A stretch of DNA of 64,000 nucleotides from an uncultured bacterium (lineage in GTDB: Bacteria > Verrucomicrobiota > Kiritimatiellia > CAIKKV01 > CAITUY01). Position 1 is the first letter of the stretch, and each line of letters starts with the position of its first letter. The notes beneath the pieces are model-generated. The model was not told the origin of the DNA, ran no database searches, and was given only the letters and a program-made list of their open reading frames with translations. This document shows positions 55,910 through 64,000 of the stretch, piece by piece. A program made the position numbers and the translations under genes. The stretch lies in contig CAITUY010000145.1 of assembly GCA_903895695.1 (NCBI GenBank), forward strand, positions 224 through 64,223. Direction: 5' to 3'.

Positions 55910-56859
55910 AGTTTTACCTCACCTTTGTCCCGGGCCTGCACGAACCAGGCCAGGGTGCGGCGCAGGCCTGCCTCCAGGGGCGTTGAGCACGTAAGCCCCA
56001 GCGAGTGGAGGCGTGTCACGTCGAAGATCTTGTCCATCTGCCCGTCCGGTTGAGTCGTATCCCACGCAATGCGCCCGGGGAAGCCTGTAACGTTCCGGAT
56101 GGCTTCGGCCAGTTCCTTGATCGAGATGCGCGTGCCTGACGAAATGTTGACAGGGTCGCTGGAGTCGTAATGGGCCAGAAACCACGGGACCGTGGCGGCC
56201 ACGTCGCCGGCATAGACGAAGTCCCGCGTGGGACGCCCCGTGCCGAAGGCCTTGATTTCGGCTTGGCCGCGTTCTTTTGCTTCCTGGTACTTGCGAAGCA
56301 GGGCGGCGATGACGTGGGCCTGGGTAAGGTTGAAGTTGTCCCACTCGCCATAGACATTTCCCGGCACGAGCACGACGGAGTTGAACCCGTATTGCTTGCG
56401 GTAGGCCCACGATTGCATCAACAGCATTTTCTTGGCAACCGAATAGCCCGCGCTATCAATCTGCGGGAGCCCATTCCACATTTGGTCTTCGCCAATGGGC
56501 GACACGGCCGTGGCCGGATAGGAGCACCCGCCCATGAACGTCACGAGCTTCTTCACGCCGGCCTTGTAGGCCTCGTGCAGTACAACCGTGTTCATGGCGA
56601 GGTTGTTGTAGAAGTAGTCGGCCGGACGCTGCCTATTGTCGAGAATGCCACCGGATTTGGCCGCCATGTGCACGACCGCATCGGGCTGAATGTCGCGGAA
56701 CATACGCGCCGGCACGCCCGGGTCGAGCAGTTCGTAGTCCTTGCGCCCTACCGCCACCAGTTCGGCCTCAGGAAATGCCGCACGCAACTGCGGGAGCACG
56801 TGATGCCCGAGAAACCCGTGGGCGCCGGTGATCAAGATCCTGGAGAACGGGCTAGACAT
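55906..56859 (-). CDS. GDP-L-fucose synthase-like 3,5-epimerase/4-reductase (Fcl/ColC-like)
   Basis: ITGAHGFLG, AAKSGGI, CSYP, YSVAK, PGNVYGEWDNF, HVIAAL, GTGRPTRDF, WDTTQPDGQ. Confidence 0.85.
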   Translation of the reverse strand: MSSPFSRILITGAHGFLGHHVLPQLRAAFPEAELVAVGRKDYELLDPGVPARMFRDIQPDAVVHMAAKSGGILDNRQRPADYFYNNLAMNTVVLHEAYKAGVKKLVTFMGGCSYPATAVSPIGEDQMWNGLPQIDSAGYSVAKKMLLMQSWAYRKQYGFNSVVLVPGNVYGEWDNFNLTQAHVIAALLRKYQEAKERGQAEIKAFGTGRPTRDFVYAGDVAATVPWFLAHYDSSDPVNISSGTRISIKELAEAIRNVTGFPGRIAWDTTQPDGQMDKIFDVTRLHSLGLTCSTPLEAGLRRTLAWFVQARDKGEVKL

Positions 56860-57784
56860 TGGAATACTGGTTTCTGCGGATCACCTGGTACCCTTTGATC
56901 AGCTCGGCGATACCCACGGGTAGGGTTACCTGGGCCTTGAACCCTGTCTTCTCGATCTTGTCGTTACTGACAATGTAGTTGCGCTGGTCCGGGTCCTTGC
57001 CGATCGCCGATTCCAGGATCGTGAACTCCGGGATCTGCTTCTTGATTTCCAGGCAAAGCTCCATCTTGGAGAGATTGGCCTCGCTGAGCCCGACATTGTA
57101 GGGCTCGTTCTTCATCCGGTCGAAATTGTCGATGGCGTGGATGAACGCCCGCGCAATGTCGCGGACGTGCACGTAGTTGCGCTTGAAGTGCGCCTCAAAC
57201 AGGATCACGAAACGGTCCGTGACGGCGCGGTAGGTAAAATCGTTGACGAGCAGGTCGAGCCGCATGCGCGGGCTGATGCCGAACGCCGTGGCCAGGCGCA
57301 ACGTGACGGCCCGGCCGGAATCGAGAAGGGCCTTTTCGATATCGGCCTTGAGGACGCCGTACAGCGAGATGGGATGCAGGGGTGTCTCTTCGGTGCAGAA
57401 GATGCCGTCCTGGCCGACGCCATAGCCGCTGTTCGTCGTGGGGAACACGATGCGCTGCTGGCGGCTGCCCAGATCAATCAGCATCCTCACAGCCTCATAG
57501 TTGATCGTGCGGGCCTCAACGGGCTTCTGCTGGCAGAGCGGAGCCCCCACCAGGCAGGCCAACGGCAGGATAACGTCGGCCTTGGGCAAGAGCTTCTTGA
57601 GCAGGGCCTCGTCACGGACGTCGCCCCGTACGATCGACAGGTTCTCGTCGTGACAGCAGTCCAGCAAGGATGACTGGCCGTACATGAAGCTGTCGAGGAC
57701 GGTGACGCGGAAGCCCCTCCTGAGGAGCGCGGGTACGGTGACGGAGCCGAGGTAGCCTGCGCCGCCGGTTACAAGTACGTTCAT
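56852..57784 (-). CDS. NAD-dependent epimerase/dehydratase
   Basis: VTGGAGYLGS, LACLVGAPLC, PISLYG, RLATAFGISPRMRLDLLVNDF, DPDQRNY. Confidence 0.88.
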   Translation of the reverse strand: MNVLVTGGAGYLGSVTVPALLRRGFRVTVLDSFMYGQSSLLDCCHDENLSIVRGDVRDEALLKKLLPKADVILPLACLVGAPLCQQKPVEARTINYEAVRMLIDLGSRQQRIVFPTTNSGYGVGQDGIFCTEETPLHPISLYGVLKADIEKALLDSGRAVTLRLATAFGISPRMRLDLLVNDFTYRAVTDRFVILFEAHFKRNYVHVRDIARAFIHAIDNFDRMKNEPYNVGLSEANLSKMELCLEIKKQIPEFTILESAIGKDPDQRNYIVSNDKIEKTGFKAQVTLPVGIAELIKGYQVIRRNQYSNV

Positions 57785-57974
57785 GGCCATCCTTTCGGGT
57801 AAATGAATGGTAGCTACCGTAACACATTGCATTGAAATGTTCCAGTTCCAGTTGGCTGTGGTTCGCGCGGATGGGGCATGCGACTCGCATCGCGGCAGGG
57901 GTAACCCCGCCGCAGCATATTTCGGACGTTGGCAAGGGCGCGACTCCGTGGCATAACTCGGCTTGAGGTGACCC

Positions 57975-59078
57975 ATGCCCTATCCGCAACTGGACCGCCA
58001 TGCCTTGAAGATCAAGCCGCTAAAGGCGCGCCATAGCACGCTGAGCGTGGACCGGGATCTCGTCGCGCCAGATCGGCCGCCGGCCCGGTTGGGGGCGGAG
58101 GCCAGCGCGGCCACACTTGAGATCGCGGCGCGCGTCCGTGCCGCCCGTCAGGCCGGCCGACCGGTCATGCTGGCGTTCGGCGCTCACACCATCAAGAACG
58201 GCCTGGCACCCGTGTTGATCCGGCTCATGGAGAAGGGGTGGGTGACGCACCTGGCTACCAACGGTGCCGGCATCATTCACGACTGGGAGTTCGCCTATCA
58301 GGGGATGAGCAGCGAGGACGTGCGAGCCGGCGTGCCGCGCGGCGAGTTCGGCATCTGGCAGGAGACCGGGTTCTTCATCAACCTGGCGCTCGTCGTGGGG
58401 GCATATGAGGGTCTCGGGTACGGTGAGTCGGTCGGCGCCCTGATTGAGCGGGAAGGCCTGCGTATTCCGGCTGAGCACGAACTGGCAGAATCAGTCGCCC
58501 ACCTTCCACCCGCCACCCTCGATCACGCCGCCGCGGCTCTCGATCTGCTGGACGTGATCCGGTGCTTCGACCTCAAGCCGGGCTGGTTGGCGGTTCCGCA
58601 CCCGCACAAGCGCCTTAGCGTGCAGGCGACGGCCTACCGGCTTGGAATCCCGTTCACGGGGCATCCCATGTTTGGGCACGATATCATCTACAACCATCCG
58701 ATGAACCACGGCGCGGCCATCGGCCGCACGGCCCAACGGGACTTCCTGGCCTTTGCTCACTCGATCAGCCAATTGCAGGACGGCGTCTATATGTCCGTCG
58801 GGTCAGCCGTCATGTCGCCGATGATTTTCGAGAAGGCCCTGTCGATGGCCCAGAACCTCAGCCTGCAGAAGGGCCAACGGATCGACCGGCATTTCATCGC
58901 GGTGGTCGATCTCGCCGAGTCGCGTTGGGACTGGGCGCAGAGCGGCGAGCCACCCATGGATAACCCGGCCTACTACCTGCGTTACTGCAAGACATTCAGC
59001 CGGATGGGCGGCGCTATGCGCTACGTCTGCGCTGACAACCGCGATTTCTTGCTGGGGCTGAGTCAGGCGTTGGACTGA
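57975..59078 (+). CDS. Conserved hypothetical protein with deoxyhypusine-synthase-like fold
   Basis: FGAHTIKNG, HLATNGAGIIHDWE, GSAVMSPMIFEKALSMA; GAGGTG RBS. Confidence 0.6.
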   Translation: MPYPQLDRHALKIKPLKARHSTLSVDRDLVAPDRPPARLGAEASAATLEIAARVRAARQAGRPVMLAFGAHTIKNGLAPVLIRLMEKGWVTHLATNGAGIIHDWEFAYQGMSSEDVRAGVPRGEFGIWQETGFFINLALVVGAYEGLGYGESVGALIEREGLRIPAEHELAESVAHLPPATLDHAAAALDLLDVIRCFDLKPGWLAVPHPHKRLSVQATAYRLGIPFTGHPMFGHDIIYNHPMNHGAAIGRTAQRDFLAFAHSISQLQDGVYMSVGSAVMSPMIFEKALSMAQNLSLQKGQRIDRHFIAVVDLAESRWDWAQSGEPPMDNPAYYLRYCKTFSRMGGAMRYVCADNRDFLLGLSQALD

Positions 59079-59080
59079 CA

Positions 59081-59347
59081 TCAGTCGTGGCTGAAGACCA
59101 TCTTCTTGGCCTCGATGCCGCGAATGGCCGCGAGCTTCTTCAGGATCGTCAGGCACTGGCGTTCGCCGCCGACCATCTCGAGGATGATAATCCCGTTGGG
59201 CGACGAGAACGCGTCGCCGATGTCGTGCAACCCGAGACGTGTCTTTATGTGCGTTCCGTATTCCGTAAGCACCTTCTGGATGGCCCCTGCGTGCTTGGCC
59301 CGGTCTGTGACGTGAATGCCAACGATAATGTGACTGTGTTCCTTCAT
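59081..59347 (-). CDS. TM1266-like ACT-fold protein (iron-only hydrogenase system regulator family)
   Basis: GIHVTDR...QKVLTEYG..IKTRLGLH; GGAGG RBS. Confidence 0.75.
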   Translation of the reverse strand: MKEHSHIIVGIHVTDRAKHAGAIQKVLTEYGTHIKTRLGLHDIGDAFSSPNGIIILEMVGGERQCLTILKKLAAIRGIEAKKMVFSHD

Positions 59348-59451
59348 GGCCGCCTCCTATTTGCAGGCCAGTCTAGCACGATACCCGGCTTGGGGAAGCG
59401 GCAAGAAGGGGCGATTGCCGGGTGGCGGCGCCTTGTGTTAGCATCCCGCTC

Positions 59452-60063
59452 ATGCCCAACGAACCCGAAAACATCCTCGTCGTTGAACGGAGTCTGATCG
59501 AGCGCATCGGCATGTTCCAGGGCCTGATGCTGGACACCGGCCGCTATCTGCCGACGCTGCTCGAGCCCCGCAATTACCGCTTTGTGCCCCGGCCGGCCGC
59601 CGAGCAGAACGATACGCTCAAGCAGTTGATTCCCTATTTTCTCATCGTGAACGACGGCAGGATCTGGTGTTACGTGCGCGGCAAGAAGTCGGGCGAGTCA
59701 CGCCTCGTGGCCAAGGCTTCGATGGGCATCGGTGGGCACATCAACAACGACGATCTGGACCTGTTCGGCGACGTCTATACGACCGCGGCACTGCGTGAAC
59801 TCAACGAGGAGGTCGTGATCGGCGCCCCGTACACCCAGAAGATCGTGGCGCTCCTCAACGACGATGCCACGCCCGTCGGACGCGTGCATCTCGGTGTCAT
59901 CCATATACTGCGTGTCGCGGCGCCGGACGTTGCCAAGCGCGAAGGCGTGATCACCGAGGCGGGGTTTCGCACGCTCGACGAACTCCGCGCCATGCACGAC
60001 CGCATGGAGACCTGGTCGCAGATCTGCCTGGACCAGATAGATGCCCTGCTGGCGAAAGGGTAG
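59452..60063 (+). CDS. Predicted NUDIX-like phosphoesterase
   Basis: KQLIPY, SMGIGGHIN, LRELNEEV, NDD..VGRVHLG, ETWSQI. Confidence 0.8.
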   Translation: MPNEPENILVVERSLIERIGMFQGLMLDTGRYLPTLLEPRNYRFVPRPAAEQNDTLKQLIPYFLIVNDGRIWCYVRGKKSGESRLVAKASMGIGGHINNDDLDLFGDVYTTAALRELNEEVVIGAPYTQKIVALLNDDATPVGRVHLGVIHILRVAAPDVAKREGVITEAGFRTLDELRAMHDRMETWSQICLDQIDALLAKG

Positions 60064-60065
60064 GG

Positions 60066-60102
60066 CGACGGCTGCCTGCCCGCCCGTGGCGGGTCCTAGC
60101 CG
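60066..60102. terminator. GC-rich hairpin between convergent genes
   Basis: acggct..cccgcc-cgt-ggcggg..agccgt nested inverted repeat; no U-tract. Confidence 0.3.
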
Positions 60103-60107
60103 TGCCG

Positions 60108-61076
60108 CTATTCCTTCGCGTACCCTTTGCGTTTCAAGGCCGCCGCAATGCGCGCTTCGACCGGTCCGTCGGTCACTTCGAACGTCCGTCCGGTCACCGT
60201 TTCGTAGGCCTGGATGTAACGGCGCGCCGCTTCCAGTCTCACGGCATCCGGTAAGGCGGGCGGCGTGCCATCGCCGCGAAAGCCTTGCGAAACGAGCCAC
60301 TCGCGCACGTATTCCTTGTCGATCTTGCGCTGGTCTTTGCCGGCCTTGAAAAGCTCGGCGTACGTGTCGGCGAACCAGTAGCGCGACGAGTCGGGCGTGT
60401 GGATCTCATCCGAGAAAACAAGCTTTCCGTTGAGCCGGCCGATCTCGTACTTGGTGTCGACGAGGATCAGGCCCCGGCCGGCCGCGTGTTTGACGCCGGC
60501 CTCAAAGAGCCGGAAACAGAGCCGGGCGGCTTCGTCGAACGTCTGGGCGTCGATCAGCCCTTCGCGGATCGCTTCGTCCCGCGAAATAGGCCGGTCGTGC
60601 ACTTCGTGTTTGGTGGTCGGCGTAAGGATGGGCCGCTCGAGCTTCTGGTCCTTCTGCAGGCCTTCCGGCAGGTCGTTACCGCAGAAGTGACGCACGCCTC
60701 GCTCGTAGTTATACCACGCCGACGTTTTGGTTACGCCGGTGATGTACCCGCGCACGATGAACTCCAGCGGAAGTTGTTCGCATTCGTGCACGACCATGAC
60801 GTTGGGGTCGGGGAGATCGATAACGTGGTTGGGGGCGATCGCCCGGGTCGTCTCAAACCAGAAGCCGGCCAACTGGTTCAGTACCTGGCCCTTGAAAGGG
60901 ATGGTGCCGATGATGCAGTCGAATGCCGACACCCGGTCGGTTGTAACGAGGATGCGTCGTTTGTCCTGCAAGTAACTCTCGCGCACCTTGCCTTGTTGGC
61001 GTTCGCCCAAGCCGGCAAAGTGCGTCTCATTGAGGGTGCGGTTCAGTTCGGTCCGGAGGCGGGATTCGGAGATCAT
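60108..61076 (-). CDS. purC: SAICAR synthase
   Basis: GKVRESY, TDRVSAFD, KGQVLNQL, LEFIVRGY, TPTTK, ILVDTKYEIG, DEIHTPDSSRYW, DKEYVR. Confidence 0.95.
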   Translation of the reverse strand: MISESRLRTELNRTLNETHFAGLGERQQGKVRESYLQDKRRILVTTDRVSAFDCIIGTIPFKGQVLNQLAGFWFETTRAIAPNHVIDLPDPNVMVVHECEQLPLEFIVRGYITGVTKTSAWYNYERGVRHFCGNDLPEGLQKDQKLERPILTPTTKHEVHDRPISRDEAIREGLIDAQTFDEAARLCFRLFEAGVKHAAGRGLILVDTKYEIGRLNGKLVFSDEIHTPDSSRYWFADTYAELFKAGKDQRKIDKEYVREWLVSQGFRGDGTPPALPDAVRLEAARRYIQAYETVTGRTFEVTDGPVEARIAAALKRKGYAKE

Positions 61077-61093
61077 AAGTTCCTCGTTAGTCG

Positions 61094-61744
61094 TTACGTC
61101 TGGCGAAGCTGGGCGACGTAGGGATAGAGGCGGCCGCCCGGGCAGATGGTGGGGCTCAGATCGCGGTGGCCGTAGATACGCGAGGCGCGAATCCGGTACT
61201 GGTGGCGCAGCAAGGCCACCAGGTTCGCCTGGGTGGCAAGCTGGGCCGCCGAAGGCTCCTGTTTCTCGAAGTTGCCCAACAACATGACGCCGATGTTGCC
61301 TTCGTTGGCGTTCAGGGTGTGGGCGCCTTCGTAGGCGAGGGAGCGCCCTTCCCACACGCGGCCGGCATAGTCGACGATCAGGTGGTACGCGATGTCGCCG
61401 TAGTGCAGGGCAAGATGAGCCCCCTGGACATTGCTGATCTCCTGCGCCACGAGATGGGGGGATGTCATGCGGAGCGCCTGGTTCCCCGTGTGGTGCAGAG
61501 TGATGCGGGTGTAGGGGCTTGCGGCCCGCAAGCGCGCGTAGTTGATCGGCGTCCTGATCCAGGCGGATCGGCGGATGATGCCGATTTGTGTGCCAAGCAG
61601 GTCGATCACGGTGCGGGGTGCCATGGAGCGCGCCGGTGCGGCGGCTGCCGGCAGTCCGAGCCAGGCACTGATCGCGCCAAACGCGCCCAAGCGCAGAAAC
61701 GCGCGCCTGTCGAGCATCCCGTTTGGATTCGCTGTCTCGCTCAT
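61094..61744 (-). CDS. N-acetylmuramoyl-L-alanine amidase (Amidase_2/PGRP-like) with Tat signal
   Basis: DRRAFL twin-arginine signal, ITLHHT, DIAYH, WEGR..GAH, YGHRD...CPG. Confidence 0.88.
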   Translation of the reverse strand: MSETANPNGMLDRRAFLRLGAFGAISAWLGLPAAAAPARSMAPRTVIDLLGTQIGIIRRSAWIRTPINYARLRAASPYTRITLHHTGNQALRMTSPHLVAQEISNVQGAHLALHYGDIAYHLIVDYAGRVWEGRSLAYEGAHTLNANEGNIGVMLLGNFEKQEPSAAQLATQANLVALLRHQYRIRASRIYGHRDLSPTICPGGRLYPYVAQLRQT

Positions 61745-61752
61745 CGTCTCAC

Positions 61753-62382
61753 TCAGGAATGAAGGCACATTACCAATGGTGTCCCCAGCCACGCCCTCCG
61801 CGTTCGCATGATCTCAAGCCGGTCGGCGCAGAATTGCTGGATCGTGTCTGCCATCGTCGTGAGGCGATTGTTTCGGGCCCGCGCGCCGACCAGGCGGCGC
61901 ACGGCACCGCGCAGGTCGCGCAATCCGAGGATCCCGCGGCCCTGCGGGCCGTCCCACACGTCGCCGAACGATTCGAGTGTCAACCGCAGGCGCTCAAAGA
62001 AAAGGATCTCCATGCCGCTTTCGCCTGGTCCGATCAACCGGCCGACATTCAGGATCCACACCGGTTGGCCGGGCGCCGCGTGCCATTGCCCGGCATACAC
62101 GACCGCGTCGCCAAAGGACCGGATGCGGCAGGCCAGTACGTTGTCGCCGTTGGCCTCGAGGGCGGCCGCCAGGAGGGCGCACATGCGCGTTGTGTCGATG
62201 GGCGCGTCCGATGCGACGGCCGGGTCCGTCAGGTAAGCCGCCACGCCGCTGGCCGCTTCGGCCACCCGGAATTGCGAGGCCAGCGTGGCATGAGCGCACA
62301 GGCGGGGCACCGTCTCGAGGATGCGGGCCGTTAGGACGGTTTGCGCGGATGCGGGCGTCTTCGAAGGCGTCTGCCAGATCAC
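61753..62382 (-). CDS. Hypothetical protein cotranscribed with nrdR
   Basis: 209-aa ORF with GTGA overlap with the nrdR stop, filling the gap to the amidase. Confidence 0.55.
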   Translation of the reverse strand: MIWQTPSKTPASAQTVLTARILETVPRLCAHATLASQFRVAEAASGVAAYLTDPAVASDAPIDTTRMCALLAAALEANGDNVLACRIRSFGDAVVYAGQWHAAPGQPVWILNVGRLIGPGESGMEILFFERLRLTLESFGDVWDGPQGRGILGLRDLRGAVRRLVGARARNNRLTTMADTIQQFCADRLEIMRTRRAWLGTPLVMCLHS

Positions 62383-62831
62383 TTGGTTACCATCCCCTGG
62401 ATTGCGTTCAGGAATTGGTTCACGTCCTTGAAGCGCCGGTAAACTGAGGCGAACCGGACGTAGGCCACCTCGTCCAGCTTTTCGAGTTTCTCCATGACCT
62501 TCTCGCCGATGACTTCGCTGGGAACCTCGCGTTCGTACTCATTTTCGATCTCGGCGATGATTCCGTCCACAAGGCTCTCGAGTTGCTCAGCGCCGATCGG
62601 CCGTTTCATGCAGGCGCGCAGGAGGCCGTTGAGGAGCTTTTCGCGGGACAGTTCCTCGTGCCGGCCGTCCCGTTTGGTCACGTGGAGTTCGGCCTTGAGG
62701 ACTTCCTCGCGGGTCGTGTAGCGGTGACTGCAGTTGACACACGACCTCCGCCGCCGGATTACGTCCCCGGACCGGGACGTCCGGCTGTCGATGACCTTGT
62801 CTTCCAGATGACCGCATCGCGGACAACGCAT
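62379..62831 (-). CDS. nrdR: Transcriptional repressor NrdR
   Basis: MRCPRC...DKVIDSR...IRRRRSC..C..RYTT, ATP cone, LDEVAYVRFASVYR. Confidence 0.97.
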   Translation of the reverse strand: MRCPRCGHLEDKVIDSRTSRSGDVIRRRRSCVNCSHRYTTREEVLKAELHVTKRDGRHEELSREKLLNGLLRACMKRPIGAEQLESLVDGIIAEIENEYEREVPSEVIGEKVMEKLEKLDEVAYVRFASVYRRFKDVNQFLNAIQGMVTK

Positions 62832-62973
62832 AGCACCCCTCGTTTCTACGGCAGCAGACAGGATACGCGAAATCGGGGCTGCGGGTCAACTCGGTGCGCA
62901 GGCAGGTTTGGGATTGAGTTCGGCTGTCCCGGCGATAGAGTAGGGGGGTATCCAACGAAAGCGAGGTAAGCCC

Positions 62974-64000
62974 GTGGCACGTATCTTCAATTTCAACGCC
63001 GGTCCGTCCGCTTTGCCGCTCGAGGTGCTGGAGGAGGCCCAGCGCGAACTCGTCGATTACAAGGGTGCCGGGATGTCCATCATGGAGTGCAGCCACCGCG
63101 GCAAGGAATACGATGCCGTGCACCTGGAAGCCGTGGAAAATCTCAAAAAGCTGCTGGCTCTCACCGATGACTATGCGGTCCTGTTCATCCAGGGAGGCGC
63201 CAGCCTCCAGTTCGCCATGGTGCCCATGAATCTGCTGGGACCGGGCCAGACCGCCGACTACATCAATTCCGGCGCCTGGGCCGACAAAGCGCTGAAGGAA
63301 GCCAAGCTTCTCGGTGGCCAGGTCAATGCCGCAGGGAACACCGCCAAGGATATTCCCACCCGCATGCCGGCGATCGAGAGCCTGAAGCTGACCAAGGGCG
63401 CTGCTTACGTGCACATCACGTCCAACGAGACCATCGCCGGCGCCCAGTACAAGGTCTTCCCGAAGACCGAGGCGCCGCTCGTGGCCGATATGTCGTCCGA
63501 TATCCTGTCCCGCCCGATCGATGCCCAACAGTTCGGCCTGATCTATGCCGGCGCCCAGAAGAACCTCGGGCCCTCCGGCGTGGCCGTGGTCGTGATCCGC
63601 AAGGATCTGGCCGAAAAGGCGGCGGCGACCGTGCCGACGATGCTCCGGTATAAGACCTACGTCGAGGAGAACTCGCTGTACAATACGCCCCCGACTTTCG
63701 GCATCTACATGATCGCCCTCGTGACCCGCTGGATTCTCAGGATGGGCCCCGAGGCGCTGTATCGGCAGAACGCTGAAAAGGCGGGCAAGATATATGCGGC
63801 GATCGATGGCAACCCGTTCTACAGGGCCACGGCGGTCAAAGAGTACCGGTCCGATATGAACCTCACGTTTCGCCTGCCGTCGGAGGAACTCGAGGAAGCG
63901 TTCGTCAAGGAGGCCTCCAAGCTTGGCATGAAGGGCCTGAAGGGGCACCGGTCGGTCGGCGGGATCCGCGCGTCGATCTACAATGCGTTCCCCGTCGCCG
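62974..64000 (+). CDS. serC: Phosphoserine aminotransferase (3'-truncated by the window edge; absent from the ORF track)
   Basis: Manual translation from GTG at 62974: MARIFNFNAGPSALP...SHRGKEY...QGGASLQF...NETIAG...DMSSD...YAGAQKNLGPSG...NSLYNTPP...GHRSVGGIRASIYNA. Confidence 0.95.
   Translation, partial: MARIFNFNAGPSALPLEVLEEAQRELVDYKGAGMSIMECSHRGKEYDAVHLEAVENLKKLLALTDDYAVLFIQGGASLQFAMVPMNLLGPGQTADYINSGAWADKALKEAKLLGGQVNAAGNTAKDIPTRMPAIESLKLTKGAAYVHITSNETIAGAQYKVFPKTEAPLVADMSSDILSRPIDAQQFGLIYAGAQKNLGPSGVAVVVIRKDLAEKAAATVPTMLRYKTYVEENSLYNTPPTFGIYMIALVTRWILRMGPEALYRQNAEKAGKIYAAIDGNPFYRATAVKEYRSDMNLTFRLPSEELEEAFVKEASKLGMKGLKGHRSVGGIRASIYNAFPVA

Noticed and set aside
62587-63948. 453-aa minus-strand ORF
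   Set aside because: Antisense shadow of serC, which is clearly encoded on the plus strand.

Overview
GC-rich bacterial chromosomal window. About 58 kb (1 to ~57.8 kb) is one very large cell-surface glycan locus. It encodes nucleotide-sugar pathways (GDP-heptose GmhA/HddA/HddC-like enzymes, a ColD-like 3-dehydratase, an Fcl-like reductase, several SDR epimerases/dehydratases, a DegT aminotransferase), three split TPP-enzyme pairs, three B12-binding radical SAM enzymes, five class I SAM methyltransferases, five polyprenol-phosphate-type GT2s, a GtrA flippase, five GT-C-like polytopic membrane proteins and a YfhO-like protein in two pieces. No Wzx/Wzy or ABC exporter is recognisable. The last ~6 kb is housekeeping (purC, amidase, nrdR, partial serC). 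The most unusual signals are in the repeats. (1) Four REP doublets (REPIN-like) with compensatory stem changes bracket two gene cassettes in matched pairs, and one cassette sits between the halves of the yfhO-like gene. (2) A four-helix-bundle gene is framed by mutually complementary heptamer arrays, and similar gene-less heptamer arrays lie in frame inside two other genes. (3) A 90-bp repeat occurs in inverted orientation around a 24.7-kb mostly reverse-strand block. No rRNA, tRNA, CRISPR array, transposase or integrase was recognised. All product calls rest on motif recognition by eye; no searches were run.
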